From assembly GCA_963674735.2 (NCBI GenBank), contig CAXXQS010000002.1, forward strand, positions 800,001 through 864,000: 64,000 nt of DNA, written 5' to 3'. Position 1 is the first letter of the stretch. Every line of letters starts with the position of its first letter. The translations under genes were made by a program, and so were the position numbers. The notes below the pieces were generated by a model. It saw only the letters and a list, made by a program, of their open reading frames with translations, did no database searches and had not been told where the DNA came from. Positions 37,195 to 45,483 of this stretch are shown here, piece by piece. This DNA is from Myxococcota bacterium. GTDB taxonomy: Bacteria; Myxococcota_A; SURF-8.

Positions 37195-38920
37195 ATGATG
37201 AAAAAGATCTGTAGCCTAGGCGTTTGTATGGTGGCAATGCTGTTTGCCTCAATAGGTCATACAGAATTGAAAAATCAATGCATCAATGGCAATGTCGATA
37301 TTGAAAGCGCCTGCATGGACGAACTCGCGAAGCAGAATACAATACGCAGTAAGTTTACTGGCTACCTGTTCACTCCCCCTTCCCCTAAAAATACTGGTGG
37401 GACACTGAGTCGAACGACAGTCTGCAACCGCACAGGATCGTATACCTATAACGACGATGTTACAATTAGTACAAATAGCACTTGTACTTGGCAAAGTGGA
37501 ACGATAACTATAAATGGGAGATTGATCGTTCCTGAGGGATCCACTTTAAACATCCAGACTAACTCCAGTTACAGTGAAACGGTAACCGTAACCGGGGTAG
37601 CTGGAGACAACGCTGCCGTATATGTGCGTGGAACCATGAATTTAACGGGACAGAACAATAATAAACACGTCACCTTATATATTGGTGCCGGAAAGCGTAT
37701 CTACTTGGAAGATTCTGGCTATCTACACGCTACGAGTAGCAAAACGGTTTCATCGCGAACCTATTTTCGTGGTTACAACAGCAACTCTTGGTACGGGATT
37801 GAAGCGGCGTGATCGTGGCATGAAAATCTCTATCGATGGTGGACTGGAGGCTTCACAAGTTCGCTTCTATAACATCGCAGGAGGGGCTAGTGCCATCAAG
37901 CATATTGGCGGTGAGAGTCTGAAAAATGCCTTGCTAGATGTAAAGGGAATGTATGTTTACAGTTCCGGAGTATCTAGTGATAAGGGGATTGTGGTCAATT
38001 GTGACGATCAGCCAAGGTCGACCCGACAGTATTATAGTGATTCGATACTTATTACGGACAGCGAGTTTGTTGGAATAGATTATCCGATATACTTCCTGAG
38101 TTGCTATGTGGATAACCCAGTCATTATCGACTCGAATGAATTTGAAAATGTTGGATCAGCAGGTGCAACATACCGCGCGATTCGACTTGAGGACTTCGAA
38201 TCTGGGTACAATATCGAGGTGATCAACAATATAATTACCGACGTTTACGGTCAAGGCATTTACTTGAATAACGTCTATTATGGATCGCTTCTAGTGGCAA
38301 GCCAGCTCAAAATAGAGCTGAATACGATTACCGGCGTGAAAGACGGGATTCTCGTCGATGATGCCTACCAGGATCGTGCGGATGGACAATGCGACATGTC
38401 TGTATCAGGTAACAGTGTCGAGGCTGTTGATGATGCTATACAAATCTTCAATATTCAAAATGAATATATAACAAATTGTCGATACGGGGATTCCGTTTAT
38501 ATCCACAACAACACTTTGGAGAAAGATGGCGACTACACAGCAGCAGACAATCACACCGGGATTTACATCAACAAATTTACAACGTATACGAGTGATGTAG
38601 ATGTTAGTTGGAACGAGATTACCGGGTTCGAGTATGGAATTGCAATCAATGAAAATTCTCAAGAGGTTAAAATTTATCAGAATGACCTCTACTTCGGTAG
38701 CGCACCTTCAGCGATCAATCCCAAACTCATACTCAGTTATGCAAATCTGACTACCATCGGCGGACCCAGTGCGAGTGACGGTAACTATTTTGGAACAAAC
38801 GGGGGTGATCCATTCAAATACCATATATACCTTTATGGTTCTAGTTGCGGTTGTAACTATAACACATTCGCAGATGCTTCTCCCAACATCAGCGGGATTG
38901 TCTGCACGAACAACCAATAA
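37195..38920 (+). pseudogene. Secreted right-handed beta-helix (pectin-lyase-like) protein, split by apparent +1 frameshift near 37806
   Basis: ORF 37195-37812 has RBS AGGAG, signal peptide and ends WYGIEAA; ORF to 38920 continues with N.I/GI.. beta-helix repeats, lacking its own signal peptide or clear RBS. Confidence 0.65.
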
Positions 38921-39024
38921 ACGAGAGCCACTAATGCGGTTTGCGTTATCCGACAAGATAACGGACAGCACGAGGGAGCCGATTTACTAAAACGGTTCAT
39001 TACGAGTATTTCATAATAATCCGC

Positions 39025-39056
39025 GGAGCGGGACGCAAATCCCGCTCCATATTTTC
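39025..39056 (+). terminator. Terminator after beta-helix gene
   Basis: GGAGCGGGA-CGCAAA-TCCCGCTCC followed by ATATTTT. Confidence 0.7.
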
Positions 39057-39359
39057 TTGAAAGATTCCCTTCCGGGCGTTTTCCGTGAATCTATAAGTGC
39101 GAAGTTCCGAATAGTATCTTTTCCGCACGGCTGTCGGACCAGCGCTACGGACCGATGGCGTGCGATAGCGGAAATCGACTTGCGTTTTTTCCTTTTCCCG
39201 AATCCCGCATCATGCTACATTCGGAAAGCCAACACGGGTTCAAAATCAGACTCGCCATTCAGACCGAATCCGGTTTCACGGGTATTAACGGTTCGTTGTA
39301 ATCAATTGCGCCTTCGGCCAAGCGGGGGGCATACCAAAATCAATCGAGGATCTGTCACA

Positions 39360-42089
39360 ATGGGTACATCGACATTTTACTGCAATCGACGACTCGGAGA
39401 AAAACCCAGCCGAATCATGGGTATCGGCTTTGCAACGCTGATTCTGCTACTGGCGACGCTGCTCCCCGCCTGCAGCAACGATTCACGGAGCCTGGAAGAC
39501 GGCGATCCGATCTGCGAGGCCGATTTCGGTTGGGACGGCGATCTGGACGACGAGCTGGCCGACTTGATCGAAACCCTGAATGAATCCTGCGACGATAGCG
39601 ACGGCGACCTGGACGACGAACTGGTGGAAATGTTGGAACAATTGGAAACAGATGGCCATAACGGGAGGTCGGGTATTGCGATCACATTCGACGATGCGTA
39701 CATCGAATCTTGGCACGCCTATCGCGCGTTGTTCGCGAAATATGGCGCACGGGCAAGTTTCATGCTTACGCGTCCCCATCTAATGACCGATCGACAGGTT
39801 CAACAGTTGCAGGAATTGCAGAGCGACGGTCATGAGATCGGCTGCCATACGCTGACGCATGTCCGACCCCGCGAATTCGTGGCCGAACACGGCATGCAGA
39901 CGTTCATCGATGAACAAATTCTTCCAGCGCTGGCCGCTATGCGAGAAAAAGGCCTCGAACCGAGAAGCTTTTCCTATCCCCAGGGAAACCGTTCCGACCA
40001 AACCGACCAGGTTCTGCTGAATTACTTCGATTTTCTTAGAACCTCCGGCTACTTGACACCGCAATACAAGGACAGGGTTTTCCATCGCTGGACACGCGAA
40101 CGGCTGACCTTCGCGGCCAACGTCGATGAAGGCAAATTCGCGTGGGAGGATCTGATGCTCGCCATGGACGAAGCCCAGCGTGAAGGGGTGGTACTCGTGG
40201 TCTACGCTCACGAAATCGCGGCTGAAAGCGAGCAGTTGCACATCAAGCCGGAAAATCTGGAAGCGCTGATGGTGGAAGCCCAGAAACGGGGATTGCATTT
40301 CTACACGCTGCCCGAATTGCAAGAGCAACCCGGGCCGGAAGTGATTTACTCCTGGATGGATGAGGGCTTTTTCGAGTATGCCGACAACATGTTGGACGAC
40401 ATCTACTTCACCGCCACGCGCTTCGAGTCGGCCAAGCTCGACTGGCCACTGACTTGGACGGAAGACCCCTATGGCGAAAAATACTGGCGCTTCATTTTCT
40501 ACAGCCTGCGCTTCACGCGCCATCTGCTCTACGCCTACCGCGTCACCGGCGACGAGGTCTACCGCGACAAACTCGTGGCGATTCTGCGCAGTTTCGTCGA
40601 CAAGGGAGAACAATCGCCCTACATCGACGACAAGCACACGGAGGCGTTTCTGGCCATGTCCCTGGTCAACTGCTACTGCAAGCTGTCGCGCGCAGACGCC
40701 CTGGACGACGACCTGAAGGAAAAACTGCAGGGCGTAATTTACCGGCGCGGTGAATTTCTCGAAAAAGAGGAGCATTTCGAGAAAAACAACAATCACGGCG
40801 TCACCGAAGCGGCGGCGTTGTTGCTGATTGCCGTCAACTTCACCGGTTTCGACAAGGCGGCCGAGTGGCGCAGCCTGGGCATCGAACGCCTGAACGTGGT
40901 CCTCGACAAAACGGTGGACGACGACGGCGTGCAGATCGAGCAGTCGCCCTTCTACCATTTCTACCAGTTCAACTTTTTCTGGGAAATTTTCCACTGGGAC
41001 CGGCAATTCGCGGTGGGCATCGGCGAGGAGTTCGAAAGCACCATCAACGGCATGCTGCGCTTCGCCTCCTACGTTTTGCTGCCCGACCGCAGCATCCCGC
41101 TGATCGGGTCGAGCAAGCCTTACGATCTGACCATCGAAAGCCCGCACATCTATTCCAAGGCCGCCGAGTACGATCCGGCCTGGCGCTACGTGTACACGCT
41201 GGGCGCGTCGGGAACGGTTCCCGCGCCCGCCAGCACCCTCTTCCCCGCAGGCGGCTGGGCCTTTCTGCGCTCATCTTTCGGCACGACCGACAGCTACACC
41301 GACCAAAGCCAGCTCATCATGGATGTCGGTCCTTTCCGCACCGGCCACAGCCACCTCGACGCCCTCAGTTTGCATTTTTACGCCCAGCACCGGGTGCTGC
41401 TGGCCGACTCGGGTCTGTACACCTACGAAGAGGGCGAAAAGCACGACTACTTCTTCGGCACGCGCGCGCACAACACCGTCACCGTCGACGGCGGCGACCA
41501 GGCCCAGGGCGATTGCACGCAAGGTCTGTTTGAAACGGGCGACGGCTGGGCCTACCAGTCGGGATCGCACGCGCTCTACGACGGGGTGACGCACAGCCGC
41601 GGCGCATTTCTCATCGGGCAGGATCTGGTGCTGGTGGTGGATGAACTGGTGGGTCTCGCCTCCCACAGCTACGAGCAGAACTGGCACCTCTCCCCCGAAG
41701 CCAAGCTGACCCTGGACGGTCTGTCGGCCTCCGTGACGGATGAAAACGACGCGCCGCTTCTGGCGATCCGGCAAGCGCTGTCCAGCGGCGTCACGCCAAA
41801 CAGCGTAAAGGGGCAGGCCTCTCCCTACGACGGCTGGGTCTCCCTCGAATACGAAGAGGACACCCCCGCCTGGCGCGTGGGCTACACCCAGGAAGGGCAG
41901 ACGGCCATCTACGCAACCCTGATCGCCGCCGGTTCCGCCGCAGCCGATCCCGCGCTTGCCATCCGGGCGGAAAAAGACGGGGAAAACTGGACCCTCGCCC
42001 TGACCGCAAACGGTCAAAGCTATTCAATCGAGGTCCACAGTCTCGCGGGAACCTCCGAAAGCGTCTCGGTGGAACAAAGCACGCGCTAG
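39360..42089 (+). CDS. Lipoprotein: NodB-type polysaccharide deacetylase fused to heparinase II/III-like domain
   Basis: Lipobox LLPAC; ITFDDA, GHEIGCHTLTH, FSYPQG; NNHG, DGVQIEQSPFYH, GHSHLDALS, DSGLYTY, TRAHNTVTVDG. Confidence 0.85.
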   Translation: MGTSTFYCNRRLGEKPSRIMGIGFATLILLLATLLPACSNDSRSLEDGDPICEADFGWDGDLDDELADLIETLNESCDDSDGDLDDELVEMLEQLETDGHNGRSGIAITFDDAYIESWHAYRALFAKYGARASFMLTRPHLMTDRQVQQLQELQSDGHEIGCHTLTHVRPREFVAEHGMQTFIDEQILPALAAMREKGLEPRSFSYPQGNRSDQTDQVLLNYFDFLRTSGYLTPQYKDRVFHRWTRERLTFAANVDEGKFAWEDLMLAMDEAQREGVVLVVYAHEIAAESEQLHIKPENLEALMVEAQKRGLHFYTLPELQEQPGPEVIYSWMDEGFFEYADNMLDDIYFTATRFESAKLDWPLTWTEDPYGEKYWRFIFYSLRFTRHLLYAYRVTGDEVYRDKLVAILRSFVDKGEQSPYIDDKHTEAFLAMSLVNCYCKLSRADALDDDLKEKLQGVIYRRGEFLEKEEHFEKNNNHGVTEAAALLLIAVNFTGFDKAAEWRSLGIERLNVVLDKTVDDDGVQIEQSPFYHFYQFNFFWEIFHWDRQFAVGIGEEFESTINGMLRFASYVLLPDRSIPLIGSSKPYDLTIESPHIYSKAAEYDPAWRYVYTLGASGTVPAPASTLFPAGGWAFLRSSFGTTDSYTDQSQLIMDVGPFRTGHSHLDALSLHFYAQHRVLLADSGLYTYEEGEKHDYFFGTRAHNTVTVDGGDQAQGDCTQGLFETGDGWAYQSGSHALYDGVTHSRGAFLIGQDLVLVVDELVGLASHSYEQNWHLSPEAKLTLDGLSASVTDENDAPLLAIRQALSSGVTPNSVKGQASPYDGWVSLEYEEDTPAWRVGYTQEGQTAIYATLIAAGSAAADPALAIRAEKDGENWTLALTANGQSYSIEVHSLAGTSESVSVEQSTR

Positions 42090-42117
42090 GATCGAGCCGA
42101 CACGCTCCAACGCAAAG

Positions 42118-42164
42118 AGACCCCCTTCCTCCTGCGGAGGACTCCCCCTTGGTAAGGGGGAGAT
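42118..42164 (+). repeat. Palindromic repeat family B, copy 1
   Basis: 44/47 identical to 45188-45234; contains CTCCCCCTT-GGT-AAGGGGGAG hairpin. Confidence 0.85.
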
Positions 42165-42199
42165 CAATGGAACAAACCGGTAAGATTAGGTAACAGGGG

Positions 42200-42227
42200 G
42201 TAGGATGGGCAACTTGTTGCCCATCTT
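42200..42227 (+). repeat. GTAG-type REP-like palindrome (end of family A element)
   Basis: GTAG-GATGGGCAAC-TT-GTTGCCCATC; near-identical at 56170 and inverted at 45125-45150. Confidence 0.85.
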
Positions 42228-42420
42228 CATGTATGCCAACACGGCACCTCTTTCAAAAATAGCATTGTCGGGCAAATGTCTTGCCCGACCCCGGCTTTCG
42301 TGTTTCAAACGCCCATCAGCGACCGGCTCGAACCTGGGGGCTGTCGGCTCCGATTGCGCCCCTTCTCGGACCGTGCTATGCTTCCGCCATCGGGCGGACG
42401 GTCCGCGAAGGAGAAACCGC

Positions 42421-43497
42421 ATGAAAATCGAAAAACTGTCGCGCGAAGAGATCCTGGCGCTTCCCAAGATCGATCTGCACGTACACCTGGACGGCTCGAT
42501 GCGCCTGTCCACCATCCTCGATCTGGCCAAGCAGGACAACATCCGACTTCCGGCGGATAACGAGGAGGATCTGGCCAAGGCCATGCGCCTGGGTGAAAAG
42601 GTCGGATCGCTCACCGAATACCTCAAAGCCTTCGACATCACCTGCTCGGTGCTGCAGGGAGACGGCAAGCTGCGCCGCGCCGCCTACGAACTGGTGGAGG
42701 ACGCCGCCGCCGAGAACGTGCGCTATATGGAAGTCCGTTTCGCACCGGTCCTGCACACCCGCGAGGGACTACCGCTGGAGGCCGTGATGGAAGCGGTGCT
42801 GGAGGGGTTGCAGGAAGGCGAGCGCAAATACGGCGTACAGTCGGGCGTGATCATCTGCGGTATCCGCAATATGAGCCCGGAAGTCAGTTACAAGCTGGCG
42901 CAACTGGCCGTCAGCTACAAAAACGCCGGGGTGGTGGGTTTCGACCTGGCCGGAGCCGAATTCAACAATCCGCCCAAAGAGCACCTGAAGGCCTTTTATC
43001 TCGTCACCAACAACAATCTGAACGTCACGCTGCACGCGGGCGAGGCCGCCGGGGCCGAGTCGATCCACCAGGCTATTCATTACAACAAAGCCAACCGCAT
43101 CGGGCACGGCACGCGCCTCTTTGAAAACGGCGACCTGATGAATTACGTCAACGACCACCGCATCGCCCTGGAAGTCTGTCTCAGTTCCAACGTGCAGACC
43201 AACGCCGTCCCCAGCCTGGAGGCGCATCCGCTGCCCATGTACTACCGCAAGGGGCTGCGCGTGACCATCAACACCGACAATCGGCTGATCACCAACACCA
43301 CCGTCACCGACGAGCTGCTGATCGCCAACCGCGAATACGGCCTCTCGATGCTCGACATCAAGAAGATCATCATGAACGGCTTCAAGTCGATGTTCCAACC
43401 CTACTCCGTGCGCAAGCGCTATCTGGCACGCATGCGCGAAGAACTGGGACTGGCCACCTACTACACCCCCGATTTCGGCATGGCCATCGATCATTAA
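42421..43497 (+). CDS. add: Adenosine deaminase
   Basis: LPKIDLHVHLDGS, YMEVRFAP, GFDLAGAE, LHAGE, RIGHG, EVCLSSN, INTDN; AGGAG RBS. Confidence 0.93.
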   Translation: MKIEKLSREEILALPKIDLHVHLDGSMRLSTILDLAKQDNIRLPADNEEDLAKAMRLGEKVGSLTEYLKAFDITCSVLQGDGKLRRAAYELVEDAAAENVRYMEVRFAPVLHTREGLPLEAVMEAVLEGLQEGERKYGVQSGVIICGIRNMSPEVSYKLAQLAVSYKNAGVVGFDLAGAEFNNPPKEHLKAFYLVTNNNLNVTLHAGEAAGAESIHQAIHYNKANRIGHGTRLFENGDLMNYVNDHRIALEVCLSSNVQTNAVPSLEAHPLPMYYRKGLRVTINTDNRLITNTTVTDELLIANREYGLSMLDIKKIIMNGFKSMFQPYSVRKRYLARMREELGLATYYTPDFGMAIDH

Positions 43498-43506
43498 GGA
43501 GTGCGC

Positions 43507-43698
43507 ATGTTCGGCCTGATTGTCCGCATTCTCGCCTACCTCTCCATCATCGGCGGCTTTTACATCGAGTTCGGCAACCTGCCCTACCGCAACCTGTCGG
43601 GCGGGTTGATTTTCGGCGGCGTCGCCCTGCTGCTGTTTCTGGCGTTTCGACGCGCCTGGAAAACCCGCGGCCGCATGACCCCGCGCGACGACGACTGA
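43507..43698 (+). CDS. Small two-TM membrane protein
   Basis: AAGGAG RBS right after the add stop; two hydrophobic segments; host-like codon usage. Confidence 0.7.
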   Translation: MFGLIVRILAYLSIIGGFYIEFGNLPYRNLSGGLIFGGVALLLFLAFRRAWKTRGRMTPRDDD

Positions 43699-43767
43699 CC
43701 GGCCGGGAGCTCGTCGGAGACGCGCGACGAGTGACCGGGACATATCCATGAAACCATGAACCGCTAA

Positions 43768-43894
43768 GGGTGCCATAGTCTCACAAACGAAGTTTGGGAG
43801 GCTGTGCTTTCCTTTTTCGATGGTATGGACATGGAGATATCGGAATGGTAAGACACACAGCCTCCCGGTTTTCAACCGTGAGACTATGCCACCC
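43768..43894. other. Nested inverted-repeat element able to fold into a four-way junction
   Basis: Outer stem 43768-43784/43878-43894 (16/17), inner stem 43796-43806/43856-43866 (11/11), side hairpins AAAC-GAA-GTTT and GGTT-TTC-AACC. Confidence 0.85.
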
Positions 43895-43953
43895 ATGAAA
43901 CACCACCACCCGCCGTGTGCCGGACGATGCCACACGCCTGAGTCACATAGGGT

Positions 43954-43982
43954 TTGACTCGTCCAAGCCAGCGTGCTAAAGT
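43954..43982 (+). promoter_or_regulatory. Putative sigma70 promoter of FGE-domain gene
   Basis: TTGACT-17 nt-TAAAGT with TG extension; GAGTCA-N9-TGACTC palindrome overlaps the -35. Confidence 0.55.
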
Positions 43983-44033
43983 TTTGTCACTTGCCACGGA
44001 ATCGATCGTCTCTCAGCTTGGGAAGGGGTTGTT

Positions 44034-44900
44034 ATGCGCCTTATTCGCCGAATGCGTCCGTTGCGCGCTTTTGCGCTATTGCCCCTGCTGCTGCTGGCCC
44101 TTGCCGCCTGCGATTCGGAGTCGGACAGCGTCGATGGCGACCAAGCAGACCCATGGGAGGAGTTGGGTATTGCCTGGGCTTCTATTCCCTCCGGAAGCTT
44201 CACCATGGGTTGTGAACCTGAGGAAATAGTTTGTATACAGCCTAGCATCGATGATTGCGAACCCGTCGAACGTTTTTATTGCAATTCGACCATGGCTCCT
44301 CCTCACAATGTCGATATTCCAGCGTTTTTCATGATGACCACGGAGGTGACCCAGACGCAGTTTGCGGCTGTTATGGGAGGACCACCTGAAGCGGTCATTG
44401 AGAACCCGGATCTGCAATCGGATTGCGACAACTGCCCGGTGGTTAGTGTGTTGTGGAGAGAAGCTCGGGATTTTTGTGCGACTATTGATGCACGTTTACC
44501 CAGCGAGTCGGAGTGGGAATACGTCGCCCAGCATTGCCCTGAAGAAGCCGTTCCGGGCTGCAGGGGATATCAGTTTGAAATCAACGACTATGAATGGACG
44601 TTTTTAACATCGGAAGACAACCTACAACCCGTCGGTCAGCTTCTACCCAATCAACTTGGTGTATACGACATATTGTCCAATGCTAAAGAATTGGTACAAG
44701 ACTGCTGGCACGATTCCTATGAAGGAGCACCCAGTGATGGCAGTGCATGGGGAAGTGCAGGGAATTGTAAAAAAGAGGTTAGTAGAGGATACGCCTTTTA
44801 TAACTATTACAAAAATATTTCTGCATACAATAGAGAGAAAGGAGCTTTCTATAGATCCTCTTCTTATCAAAGTTTCCGCTGTGCTCGAGATGGGGAGTAG
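44034..44900 (+). CDS. Lipoprotein with FGE-sulfatase (SUMF1/C-type-lectin fold) domain
   Basis: Lipobox LAAC; IPSGSFTMG, TEVTQ.QF, PVVSV.W.EA..FC, RLPSESEWEY, PN.LGVYD..N..E, FRCAR. Confidence 0.9.
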   Translation: MRLIRRMRPLRAFALLPLLLLALAACDSESDSVDGDQADPWEELGIAWASIPSGSFTMGCEPEEIVCIQPSIDDCEPVERFYCNSTMAPPHNVDIPAFFMMTTEVTQTQFAAVMGGPPEAVIENPDLQSDCDNCPVVSVLWREARDFCATIDARLPSESEWEYVAQHCPEEAVPGCRGYQFEINDYEWTFLTSEDNLQPVGQLLPNQLGVYDILSNAKELVQDCWHDSYEGAPSDGSAWGSAGNCKKEVSRGYAFYNYYKNISAYNREKGAFYRSSSYQSFRCARDGE

Positions 44901-44955
44901 ATATAGACAAAGATTTCGTTTGACACGTCCTAAGACTCTTTTTCAAACTCCCCAC

Positions 44956-45322
44956 GTTGGAGCGCATCTCCGATGGGCTCCAATTTCTAAAGAGCAGGTC
45001 AGAGACCGGCTCTAACCCAGGGAAATTTTATCGACGGCTTCCTCTATACACCCTTTTGCAAACGGCTACTCGGGATGAGCGTTACATGTTTCATCCCATC
45101 GATATGATTTGCCATTTCCTGAACGATGGGCAACAAGTTGCCCCTCCTACCTTTCTGAAACAGGAAGCAATCCTGCTCCATCAAAGAAGACCCCCTCCCT
45201 CCTGCGGAGTACTCCCCCTTGCTAAGGGGGAGATTTTTAGATCCCCTCCTTTCCAAGGAGGGGTGGATTCGCAAAGCGAAGACGGGGTGGTCGAGAGGAG
45301 CCCGTCGCAGACGCGCTCCAAC
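44956..45322. repeat. Composite REPIN/MITE-like element: inverted family C ends enclosing family A and B copies
   Basis: 44956-44980 is the reverse complement (22/25) of 45298-45322; interior 45023-45161 (family A) and 45188-45234 (family B). Confidence 0.8.
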
Positions 45323-45405
45323 CTCCTAGCGAATGGGTGAGGGTTCGACCCGCCAAGAATCCGCCGCCGCTCGGCAAAATTTTCCCCTTTCCACATCTCG
45401 ATTTT

Positions 45406-45421
45406 CGGCCCGCTGTTTGCA
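45406..45421 (+). promoter_or_regulatory. Putative sigma54 promoter of flhA operon
   Basis: CGGCCCG-CTGT-TTGCA fits the GG-N10-GC -24/-12 spacing. Confidence 0.6.
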
Positions 45422-45483
45422 TTATCAACAGGCAACCGGTTTGAACCGGCATGACGAACTACCCGGGAACAGAAGGATCACCC

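Larger units (their letters stand above)
36782..39186. mobile_element. AT-rich island bounded by 46-bp imperfect direct repeats
   Basis: 36782-36827 and 39141-39186 match at 40/46 with exact core CGATAGCGGAAATCGAC; interior visibly AT-richer than flanks; no integrase seen. Confidence 0.7.

Noticed and set aside
43768-43894. Interpretation as an integron attC site or 6S RNA
   Set aside because: No RYYYAAC/GTTRRRY ends, no cassette array or integrase; shorter than typical 6S and without an open central bubble. Kept as an unexplained structure.
44957-45452. ORFs in the repeat mosaic (also 55614-56628)
   Set aside because: They translate palindromic repeats; no transposase or nuclease motifs.
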